From contig OZ024740.1 of NCBI GenBank assembly GCA_964016885.1, forward strand, positions 171,492,001 to 171,556,000: a stretch of 64,000 bases of DNA. Reading direction: 5' to 3'. The translations under genes were made by a program, and so were the position numbers. The stretch comes from Eledone cirrhosa. Lineage: Eukaryota. This document shows, piece by piece, positions 52,226-64,000 of this stretch; within the stretch, counting starts at the first letter, position 1; the number at the start of each line of letters is the position of its first letter. The notes below the pieces were generated by a model that was not told where the DNA came from, ran no database searches, and saw only the letters and a program-made list of their open reading frames with translations.

Positions 52226-53384
52226 ATTGAATTATATCAACAGTTGTGATCGTGGAGGATTTCTTAAATGGCTTACATCCTCTGGCGTAAACGTTGAGGG
52301 TTCAGTTAATGTCGCGTGTCTTGAGAATTGGTTATATAGAATTCACTAAATACCATGTGTCCTAAAATTTGGTTATATGTATGTATTGCTCCGCAAATCC
52401 TGGTGAACTTTTAGGGGCACCGTAGTGACATACGACGTGTCTTTGGCATTGAAAACCCGATTTTTCCACAGAGAGATAGATAGATAGATAGAGAGGGAGG
52501 GGTAGGGTTGGGGGGGGGGGATTGACCCCAGTACTGGGTAGGTTCATTTTTATCGACCTCGAAAGGATGAAAGGAAAAGTTGACCCAGGCACTTGGTTAT
52601 ATACAGTTCATTAAGTGTCCTATGTCTAAAGACAGCTTAATGAACACTATTATTATATACGTCTGTATATCTATGAACACTGTATGGTCAATTTCGGGGA
52701 TGCCAAGCCTATAATAAACATTTTATTACGATGTTAGGAAACCTTTAATGAACACTGTGCTCTAGCGTCCTGTGACGTAAGCCACTTAATGAAGTATACT
52801 TTATTAATTGGCTTACGTCATTATGGGCTTGGCTTCTCCGACGTGGCTATACAGTGTTTATAAATTTGTAGACATGTATAATAATAGTGTTCATTAATCT
52901 GCTTAAGTGCTCATTAAGTTTTCATACGATGTTCATTAATTTGACGAGGATTGACAATATCGGTAGAGTGTCGGACAATATTCTTTGTGTCATTTAGTTT
53001 CGACTTTCTACTATCTGAGTTCAAATCCGCCGAGATCAACTTTACCTTACACTCTTCAGAGATCGATAAAATAACGTACCAGTAATGTACCAGTACATTC
53101 GATTTTCCCTTTCCCACAAATTGCTGGCTTTCTTGTGTTTAAATTGATAATCGTTAATTTTCATACATCCACTGATGTAGCCGCAGATATACATATAGGG
53201 AGTCTATATCTACTGTCAAGACCGTAGATGGTTCGTTAAATGGCTTACTTTCTCTGAAGTTGCCGTAGTGGATCCACTATTGGTAAATGTATCATAACGT
53301 CGTCGTAGTGATTGTAAGTTGATTATGTCTCATAGCGAGGCGGTAGACATATCATCAAGTGGAATACATGACTTTGCGGGGTCG

Positions 53385-53900
53385 TAGAGGATTTGTTAAG
53401 TGGCAAACATCACATCGGCCTTCGCGGGTTCATTAAAGGAAGGAAAGTTCCAGGCGTAACTGTAGTCTTCATTAAAAGTGTTACGTTCCTGGTGTGGTCG
53501 TAGCAGGTTCATTAAAAGAGGTACATAGTTGATGTGACTGTTTTGAGGGTTCATTAAAAGTGGTACATTTTTGGTGTGACTGTAACGTGTTCATTAACAG
53601 TGTTACGTTCTTTGTGTGACTGTTGCGTGTTCGTTAGATGTGGTATGTTCTTGGTGTGACTGTTGAGGGTTCATTAGATGTGGCATATTCTTAGTGTGAC
53701 TGTAGGGGGTTCGTTAGATATGGTATGTTCTTGGTGTGACTGTAGATGGTTCAATAGATGTGGTACGTTCTTGGTCTGGCTGTAGGAGGTTCATTAAAGG
53801 GGCTGTGTTCCTGGTGTGGCTGTAAGGGGTTCATCAAGCGGGGTACATTCGAAGTGTGGCTCACATCTTCCCGAGGTGACCGTAGAAGATCCATCAACTG
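53385..53900. repeat. Degenerate minisatellite, about 40-bp unit
   Basis: Unit approximates gttcattaaaagtggtacgttcttggtgtgactgtagagg, roughly 12 copies. Weaker copies extend on both sides. Confidence 0.85.
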
Positions 53901-54447
53901 CCATATGTTTTTTGGCGCCTTCCATGACTGGCTTATATAGCATGATGTGCTCACAAAGGAGTCATTTAGATTACCGTAGTGGGTTAATTGCCAGCACCTC
54001 CAGACATGGCCGTTGAGCCTTTATTAATTACCTTCTGTTCTCCGATATGGTTGTAGAGTATTCAGGATATGACCTGGGGCACCGGCTCCTGCAGAGTGTC
54101 CATAGGGATCGATATCTCTATGAGGTCGTAGAAAGTTCATTACGGGGTCTACATCAGCCGCTGTGACTGAAAGGTGTCCATTGTGAAACCGTAGAATGTT
54201 CATTAATTGGCATATATCCATCCCCCAGAATGTAGATTGCTCATTGAGTGACATACGGCCCCGGACTAGCCATAGAATGTTCATTATATGACATACGTCT
54301 ACTGTTGTTGTTGTAGAGTGTTGATTATGTTAGGAGAGGAGAGGGCACCAAACATTTATAAGTATCATTAAAATGACATGGTAGACACAACGTTAAACGT
54401 CTAGAGTGGGGCCCAATAACAGTCTGCACCAGTTGTAGAAACCATTA

Positions 54448-54752
54448 TCTATATATATATAACTGAGGATGTCTGTCTGTGTGTGTGTGAGTTTGAATCC
54501 CTAAAACTCGAGAACCACCCAACCGACTGTTTTCAAACTTTACACATGTAATACTTATATTTCAGGGAGTGTTCTGAGCAAAAACAATTTCAAATTTTCA
54601 ATGCCCTAGGGACCGCATTAGGCAATTTAGCGATCTCTCTCTATAATTGTTAGTCTTTCTCTTTTTAGATAGATACATACATATAACGACGCGCCCTTAT
54701 AATATGTCTGTATGTCTGACTGTCTGCATTACGTCACTTCCCTGAGGATATC

Positions 54753-54810
<58 letters not shown>

Positions 54811-55413
54811 TGTGTGTGTCTGTGAGTTTGAATCCCTAAAACGCGAGAAGTACCCAGCCGATTTTTTCAAACTTTACATGTGTATTACTTATATTTCAGG
54901 GAGTGTTATGCACATAAAAAAATTCAACTTTTTGATCCCCTAGGGCCCGCATTAGGTGAAAAACTGCGTTTTTTCAGGTTTTTTGGGTTTTTTTGAGTCG
55001 TTACACCAGACTGATTTCCTTGAAATTGTAACTATGTATTAGTCAGTCTCTTTTTCAAACCGTGAGCAAAGAAAATCCAACTTTTTAATGGCCTAGGGCC
55101 CGCATTAGGTGAAAAACTTCATTTTTTCAGCTTTTTAGGGCCTTTTTAAGGCGTTACGTCTAGCCGATTTTTCCGAAATTTCAAGGCATATTATGCACAT
55201 AAAAAAATTCATTTTCTTGATCCCCTAGGGCCTGCATTAGGTGAAAACCTGCATTTTTCCTGCTTCATCGAGGAAAATCTTAAAGATTATCCAGCCATCA
55301 GAGTATTCGGTTTATTTTCTTTACATATTGTCCACGTATGCAGTTTTTCCACGATTAGGTCTGTTGGGCTTCCAAAATACCTTATCCCGTGCAACGCCGG
55401 GTACTACTGCTAG
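54448..55413 (+). mobile_element. Non-autonomous Helitron (second copy)
   Basis: A|TC...cccgtgcaacgccggg..CTAG|T. The internal (TG)n is expanded relative to copy 1. Confidence 0.88.
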
Positions 55414-55552
55414 TTATTCATAAAGTATATAATTTTTAGTTAAAATTTTACGCAATATGTCAGTTAGAAGCACTATTGTTAACAAACCTTATATAACATA
55501 TCTTTCCAACGAAGTGTGAAAATAATTGACACTCTTGACAAGCATTTCAAAT

Positions 55553-55670
55553 ACATACACACACACAAACACACAAACACAAACAAGCACACACACACAA
55601 ACACAAACAAGCACACACACACACACACAAACAAGCACACACACACACACACAAACAAACACAAACAAGC

Positions 55671-55701
<31 letters not shown>

Positions 55702-56389
55702 AACAAGCACACACACACACACACACACAAACACACAAACACACAAACACAAACAAGCACACACACACACACAAACACAAACAAGCACACACACATACAC
55801 ACAAACAAACACACAAACACAAACAAGCACACACACATACACACACACAAACACACAAACACACACACACACACACACACGCCCACGAACACACACACAC
55901 ACACACACACACAAACAAGCACACACACACACAAACACACAAACACAAACAAGCACACACACACACACACACACAAACACAAACAAGCACACACACACAA
56001 ACACACACAAACACAAACAAGCACACACACACACAAACACACAAACACAAACAAGCACACACACACACAAACAAACACACACACACACACACACACACGC
56101 CCACGAACACACACACACACACACACACACAAACAAGCACACACACACACAAACACACAAACACAAACAAGCACACACACACACACACACACAAACACAA
56201 ACAAGCACACACACACAAACACACACAAACACAAACAAGCACACACACACACAAACACACAAACACAAACAAGCACACACACACACAAACAAACACAAAC
56301 AAGCACACACACACACACACAAACACACAAACACAAACAAGCACACACACACACACACACACAAACAAGCACACACACAAACACAAACA

Positions 56390-56427
<38 letters not shown>

Positions 56428-56512
56428 AGCACACACACACACACGCCCACGAACACACACACACACACACACAAACAAGCACACACACACACACGCCCAC
56501 GAACACACATAC
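55553..56512. repeat. Complex (CA)n-derived satellite
   Basis: (CA)n interrupted by recurring aaacacaaacaag and gcccacgaac motifs. Confidence 0.95.
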
Positions 56513-56783
56513 ATTCAAGCGGATGACTGACACAATCGTTAGAATATCGACGTTGTAATATTCTGATCCGTTTCTCTGCGCCCTGAGTTCAAATCACGCC
56601 GAATTAAATCTTGTTTTCCATCCTATCTGAGTCGATAAAACACCATTCCACTGCTGGGGTAGCCCTTTCTCCTTCACGCAGCCACCTACTGATGTTCCAT
56701 TGGGTCAAGAGTGAGAGCACCGAGAGAGTGTTGCTCGGGACTACATGGACAGGTCATACATAATTGCGAGTGATGACCGTAGT

Positions 56784-56849
56784 GCCCCCCCCCCCCCCCC
56801 CCCGCGCACACACACACACACACACATATCACACACACACACACACACA

Positions 56850-56926
<77 letters not shown>

Positions 56927-56940
56927 ACACGCACACATAC
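56784..56940. repeat. poly(C) and (CA)n microsatellite
   Basis: Direct inspection. Confidence 0.95.
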
Positions 56941-57479
56941 TATGGTGAACGTCAATGAAACCAGGATAAGAAGCGGCGTAATAGGTCTCCATGCTTGAGA
57001 CAGACTTTAGACATTAGTCTTTATAGACACCCCCAAATTCGTTGGATTATTATGTATGTATACATCAATCCATACATACATATATACATATATACATATA
57101 TACACACGCACACACACATATACACACATATATACGAGGGTAGGTTGAAATGTTCATATGATGGAGTGATGCTAGTACAGATCATACATACACACAGGCA
57201 GAAGCATTTACAAGGGATTTTAGAGAAAAGGAGACGGTAGTGAATATGATCGTATCCTTATATATTTCATTTCGTGGTATTACCGTAAGAGAAACTGCTT
57301 AGCTTCGGGTACAACGATAAGGCGGTACAACCGCAATCAGCTGACCTACGAAGTGTGGAGTCACTACGTACGTGGAGGTGGATAGAACCGGGAAGTGGTG
57401 GGGGTGGAGTAAATGTTGGAAAACATTCAACACCAACGGCTTCACAGCCTCGGCACTGAATTCCATAATTGCTCTGAAA

Positions 57480-58310
57480 ACCTTTGGCCGATAACGAATT
57501 GATACAGCGATCGATCACCGGAAAATAGCTTCGATTCAGTTGCACAATAGATCAGTCAAAAAAAAAAAAAAAAAAAATCGCGATGCATTAGAAAGGTTAA
57601 TTCATTATATTGAAATTTTGGCCTGTTAAGAATTACCATTCGAAGACACGATGAAACAGAACGATCAAACAATAAGGGTAATTTTCTGGCTATAAGTGAA
57701 GCAGTAGCGGAATACGATGACTGTTTAAGATCGCATTTAGATTTCGTGAAGAAAAATGCTAACAGCGCATTTTCTGGACCTCCAGCTGATATCAAACACC
57801 AGTTGAAGGTGAAATTAAAGCAATGATTGCAAAAACATCATTTGTTGCTGTTATGTTTGATAAATCTACAAATATTTGAATGAAATCTCAATTGTCACGT
57901 GTTTTGTAATTTGTTGATGAGAACGAAAAGCTTCATGAAAGGTGTTGGAGATCGGTCGATGTCAGTAAAGATAGAAGAGCTGTATCGCTAACAGAAGTTC
58001 GAAAATTTGTTAGTGAATTCACCTCTAGCCAAAAATTAATCGCTCAATTGTATGATGGAGTGAGCATGATGGCTGGGTATTTGAACTGAGATTTTTGGTG
58101 CGAACGTCATATTTGCAAATTGTTTTGCACATTCACTTAATTTCGTACTCGCTCAATCAGCTTCAAGTACTCGTGAATGTCGAAATTTCTTCCAAACTTT
58201 AATAAAGAATTTCACTTTTTTTCTCAAAGTCGATGGCTCGAATAAAACTACTAGATGAAATCGTTAGAAGGTGATTTCCAAAGTCATCCGAAACACGTTG
58301 ACAAATATCC
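57480..58310 (+). pseudogene. hAT transposase remnant (ZMYM1/DUF4371-like)
   Basis: NNKGNFL, FVAVMFDKSTNI..SQLS.V..FV, LIAQLYDGVSMMAG, FANCFAHSLNFVL and SETR, with multiple stops and frameshifts. Confidence 0.82.
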
Positions 58311-58690
58311 ATTTCGTCCGACAAAATTATTGTTTTCTGAGATATTTTCAACGACATTAGAAAATCCAGTTATTTTTCACGTTGAGTAAAAATTTAAAAC
58401 AATGTGAAAGTTCAGATTTGTTGATATATCTCATTATTTATGGGTTTTATTATTTTCTCAGAATTCTCTCGTAACCAATGACAGACATCATGGTAGGCTC
58501 GTAACCAGAGTGTTATGAATGAGGGGACATCAAGTCCAGTCGAGAGAGGTATCACGCTTGAAACATAGCCTGTTGGTAGATGTAGAAGTGCATTTTCCGA
58601 GGAAGGCTCCACTGCTCCACTCTCCGCCATGGTGATTGACCTGTACCATGGACTTCATGCCCTGCTTTCCAAGTCACCCTTTTCCACAGG

Positions 58691-59205
58691 TATGTATGTA
58701 TGTATGTATGTATGTATGTATGTATGTATGTATGTATGTATGTATGTATGTATTTTTTTGTGGAGCGAGAGACTCCTAGTTTTCATCAAGACATCACTCT
58801 AGGAGAAGGTCACTCTGATATAAAACCTGTAACTTCATTTGCATCCAATGTAGACCAGTTCTTCTTTTTGGGTAAATGCATTCGATGTTCAGAAAGTGGG
58901 ATTGGCCTCGTGCAAAGCCTTTCCTCACTTAAAAAAGCTTCAAGCACAGGCATCGCATGATACATGACATTTTTTGCGATGCATGGTATTGCTGGCCATA
59001 GGCAAGTCCCTAGCAGGACTAAAAAGCCACGTCCATGATACTCATACTTAAGTATCAAGCGATGGCATTACTCGAAATCGAGTCTCAGCCATTATGTATG
59101 TATGTATGTATGTATGTATGTATGTATGTATGTATGTATGTATGTATGTATGTATGTATGTATGTGTGTGTGTATGTATGTATGTATGTATCTATGTATG
59201 TATGT
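58691..59205. repeat. Two (TATG)n microsatellites (58691-58752, 59093-59205)
   Basis: Direct inspection. Confidence 0.9.
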
Positions 59206-59820
59206 ATTTAAATAACATTTTGAAGTCTTTACGGCCCCATCTTCAGAATTACAATGACCATTCTAGTGGCAGCTATTATAATTGGTTTCACTTATGCTGT
59301 AACTAAGCATAAAGAACTAATTAGAAATTACGAAAAATCTTTGATAAAAATAATTAAATCTGAGCACAGTCATGTTTTCAAAGGTGGAGACAGTTCGTCT
59401 GTGGACAAGAAAACGTTAGATATATATTATAATAGATTCATTCATGCATAACATGAATTACTAGTTAAAACTTCAAGCAAAGTTTGGTATACATAGTATT
59501 GTTAACAAACATTATGTGACACGAATTTCTAGTGACGTGTGAAAATAATTGACACTTTTTACAATGTTTTAAAATGCACATGCCCATATACACACACGCA
59601 GCGCACGCACACACACAAACACACATACACATATCAGATTATAGAGGCAAAAAGGATGTCATCAACATATGGGTGATGTGATACATACTACTCAACAAAT
59701 TTGACACTTTCTGGATACTTTGTGAATGAAGTCAGCATCTCAACCAGGCACAATTATTTTCTGAAATATTGAACCTAGAAAATAGATATTTAATTTTAAA
59801 TTCTTTAACAATGATCTCTG

Positions 59821-60468
59821 TGAATGGAGTTCCACCGAAGCAGGTGGAGATGTTCAAGTATCTCGGGGCCGTGTTCACCAGTGATGGGTGGCAGGAGGCT
59901 GAGTTAATTGCAAGAATTATAAGAGCTGGTGCTGTAATGTGCCAGCTTCAGCATTCGGTAATCAGAAGAAAGGAGGTAGATGTAAAAGCCAAACTCGCTT
60001 TCTTCAATTCAATATTCGTGCCAACCCTTACCCATGGTATGAATCTTGGGTAATGACCGAAAGAATACGATCATGAATTCAAGCTGCCAAAATGGGATTT
60101 ATTCGAAGGGTTTTATGGAGTAACGTTACTCGATAGAGTGTGTAGCTCGGAGATCAGAGAGTCACTTCATGTAGAGCCGCTATTTCCCCGAATTGAGAGA
60201 TCACAGCTTCGATACTATGGGCATGTGGTTAGAATGTCTCAGGAAATAATCGCTGGACATATTTTACAGGCAAAACCAACCGGCAGGAGACTCAGGGGTA
60301 GATCCAGAGCAAGATGGTTGGATAACATCCATGAGCTTGGCTGGTCTCGCTTGGGGGATTCAGCCCGATCAGTTGGAGAAGGTTGCTTTTGATAAACCCA
60401 CTGGAAGGATTACTTGAGGACTCTGCCCCCACGACCCTCTCAACAATAAGTCTTTGAAGAAGAAGAAC
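59821..60468 (+). mobile_element. 5'-truncated RTE (Rex3/Expander-like) LINE with a 26-bp TSD
   Basis: FKYLGAVFTSDG, IFVPTLTHG, IERSQLRYYGHVVRM, and a (GAA)n tail. TSD tttaaattctttaRcaatgatctctg at 59795-59820 and 60469-60494. Confidence 0.9.
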
Positions 60469-61378
60469 TTTAAATTCTTTAGCAATGATCTCTGCATCGG
60501 TAATATTAGACTGTTTAGTTTCTTTGCAAAAGTAATTATGTTGCACAATTATGGATAGAACTTGTCATTCCGTTTAATTAATTATGATGTAATAGTGGAA
60601 AACGCACTCTGCGTTATGCACCTGTGAATGGTGGAGGAATGGAGTTAAATATCAATTTTAATTAAAACAACAGGAGGCCGGACTGCAAAAAACACTATAT
60701 ATATTTCAATGGCCTGGTTACGTAAGACCCTTGCGATATTATCAGGTGTGGATTGCATAATTAGCTAATCAATAAAAGGAATTGCGGCAAACACAAATAG
60801 AGAATAGAGAAAATATTTGATTCGGAGATGGCCTACGAAACCGTTGTTATTGTTGCGGCATACAATCTCTCTCTGAACAAACTTTCGATAAATAAGCGGA
60901 CCTAAAAGCAACGTAAAACCCCTTATTTTCCTGCAGTAACTTGCATCTTGCACAGGGACCTAGAACCGAGGCCCCCTCTCACTTCATCCGATAACGGACG
61001 GACAAGTAATTTTATATGCACATTACATGGAAAAAGTGGTCAATATTCCCACTGCATTGTGAATGTAATTGAAATTATTATTTTCACCACTTCTACATTT
61101 CCATACCGATATACATGTATATATATATATATATTTGTAGTTTTTCCAAATTGAAGGATGAGTATTTAAACTTTATTTTATTCTGAGTTAAGGCTCTATT
61201 GATTTTTCCCTTGATTTCACAAAATTCTGTGGATGAATCTATGTCTTGATTCTTTTTGAATTGAGTTTGAATTATTTTCCCACATCTTACGTTAACTTTT
61301 TTTCCATTTTGAAGTTATAGTCACTTATATATTATGAAATACTGTTGGCTTCACGCTCACAATAATGTTTATACTTTC

Positions 61379-61430
<52 letters not shown>

Positions 61431-61442
61431 GATATATATACG

Positions 61443-61784
61443 ATATTAATAAATGGAAACTATATTTATAAAACCATATTTATTTCATTATACATATTTC
61501 AAGGACACCAAGTTAAATTATGGTGTGCTTTCATCAGATAAAATATAATATAGAACAGTTTTATAAATAAATATTGACATACCCTTAAAGAATGCAACCA
61601 TTACTGTTGGAAGCTTCCAACAGTAATGGTTGCATTCTTTAAGGGTATGTCAATATTTATTTATAAAACTGTTCTATATTATATTTTATCTGATGAAAGC
61701 ACACCATAATTTAACTTGGTGTCCTTGAAATATGTATAATGAAATAAATATGGTTTTATAAATATAGTTTCCATTTATTAATAT
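61443..61784. repeat. Perfect palindrome, 171-bp arms, no spacer
   Basis: Centre gttggaag|cttccaac at 61613/61614. Abuts (TA)n. Confidence 0.95.
61682..61746 (+). ncRNA. Minimal type-I hammerhead ribozyme (candidate; mirror copy on - strand in the left arm)
   Basis: Stem I tattttat/atgaaata, core CTGATGA, stem II aagcacacca/tggtgtcctt, GAAA, short stem III and an AUA cleavage triplet. Confidence 0.68.
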
Positions 61785-61866
61785 TGTATTTTTATATCAG
61801 TAATATTGTGCTTTATATCAGTTATTAAAATATTTGCTTGTTGTATCCCAACAATTTAAATAGAAC

Positions 61867-62363
<497 letters not shown>

Positions 62364-62448
62364 ATCTTCTATACACAATCATATACACCCGTGTATATTT
62401 ATCTATCTATCTATCTCTATATATATTATGCGTTTATGGAAAATAAAG

Positions 62449-62486
<38 letters not shown>

Positions 62487-62491
<5 letters not shown>

Positions 62492-62993
62492 AGTTAATAT
62501 ATATTAATATATGATAAACACATACGTGTTTGTATTGCAAAAGACGAAGTTAGCTAGAATGAAATAAACTAATTAAAATTAATACAATTTGTCTGTCTCG
62601 ATATAAGTCAATAAAGACAAGCTTATATTGGCAAAAGCCGTGATTCCTGGACAAATTTAAATTTCAAAATCCAAACCTGCTCCGTAGATGAATTTGAACT
62701 TCGAAACCTAAATATGTTTCGCAACGATGGTATAAAAAGTGAAATATTCAAATCTTCTGTGCTTATCAACAGGAATCCAGTAAAATTAGTAAATTTCACC
62801 TTCAAAAATTTTGTAGGACTGATTCACACGAGGTATAATCAGCTATACTAGCTATAAGCTTGTCTTTATTGACTTATATCGAGACAGACAAATTGTATTC
62901 ATTTTAATTAGTTTATTTCATTCTAGCTAACTTCGTCTTTTGCAATACAAACACGTATGTGTTTATCATATATTAATATATATTAACTTGTAT
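62487..62993. repeat. Inverted repeat, 141-bp arms, 225-bp spacer
   Basis: 62487-62627 versus 62853-62993 with one mismatch. Abuts (TA)n. Confidence 0.93.
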
Positions 62994-64000
62994 TTCACTG
63001 CTCAGAAATGCTTCTTTCTTTGAGCTAATTAATTGTAAATGACTTTGAGTTTAAACTCTAAATATAATATAATATATATATATATATATAAATACATGGA
63101 GAAAGCTAATAGCGATACTCCGGCCAAATCCCAACTCACTCAACAAACATTAGGAAATACCTGAGTATATTCCCAATTAAACGTTTGGGGTGCTAACTAT
63201 ATTGTATTGTGTGGATAATTGGCTGTATTATTTCATATGAGATATATCAAATATATCATTTCCCAGACGACTCGTTTCATTATAAGATTTCTACAAGTTG
63301 GGTGAAAATATACCAACTTATGTAGAAGCTTGTATAAGATCAACAGATCTTATATATATATATATATACCTTGTTTTTTTCGTATATATATATTTTTTCT
63401 CATATATATTTCCTCCCTCATTTTGCGTCTATGTACTTTTTGGTTTGATTCATGTGATAGAAGATATTAACTAATTGTTTGTTTAATCATTACATTCTAT
63501 ACTTAAAATTTATCTTCCATTCTTCGTTACCGAACTATCGTTCAATATATGGGTAATATATCTCTAATATCCAATATTGATCCCCTTTTCATAATTTATA
63601 ACTATAATTTACACATCTTCCTATTTATTATATTTTTTTATTTACTTCAATCAAGATTTTAACTTTTAATTTATAATTTTCAATCTTATTACTAATTGTA
63701 ATTTCCATTTTGAAACCATAATATCTAGACCCTAGAATTAAGTTTATATTATCTTCGCGGGTGATGGTCAATTCTATTGTCCAAACATGATTTAAGGGTT
63801 GTATTGGAACCTATTGAAACTTATACTCCACCACTACCACAAAGTTTCGGTTGGTTGCCACTGAACGAGCGACTAACAGTAAACTACAACTTGGTGGCTG
63901 GTACGAACTCTATGACTGTGTCACCTTACCTGCTTGGATGGGGTGATTGATTGGTTGGGAAAGAGGGGGGGGGGTGTGCCTAGTCTAGTTTCGTTGTATT

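Noticed and set aside
53385-53900. CRISPR-like regular repeat
   Set aside because: Units are degenerate along their whole length with no unique spacers. There are no cas genes and the context is eukaryotic.
55479-56533. Five 328-343-aa ORFs rich in C/V or H/T
   Set aside because: They are translations of the (CA)n satellite, which lacks stops in almost all frames.
63835-63900. Another hammerhead-like hairpin (minus strand CGAAAC..GTA)
   Set aside because: A stem is present but no CUGANGA core could be found.

Overview
AT-rich, repeat-dense animal genomic DNA, most likely from a coleoid cephalopod (octopus-like). This is inferred from the RTE-LINE, MetaSINE and microsatellite landscape, not from a database match. 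Three spliced housekeeping genes can be assembled by hand from GT-AG exons: the 3' five exons of HINFP (+), a complete two-exon RBM7/RBM11-like gene (+) and a complete five-exon UFC1 gene (-, 167 aa). Introns and intergenic DNA hold many RTE-clade LINE fragments, two young CR1-clade LINE copies (one near full length), tRNA-derived SINEs including a tandem array, two non-autonomous Helitrons, a hAT MITE, and decayed hAT and piggyBac transposases. Three signals stand out. First, a cluster of near-perfect long palindromes in (TA)n tracts whose arms carry minimal type-I hammerhead ribozyme folds typical of Penelope-like elements. Second, a CR1 ORF1/ORF2 junction with a G-GGA-AAC slippery heptamer, an AUG-less ORF2 in the -1 frame and a perfect 15-bp stem. 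Third, an in-frame TAA inside the reverse transcriptase that is shared by two independently inserted CR1 copies. Boundaries of decayed repeats are approximate.
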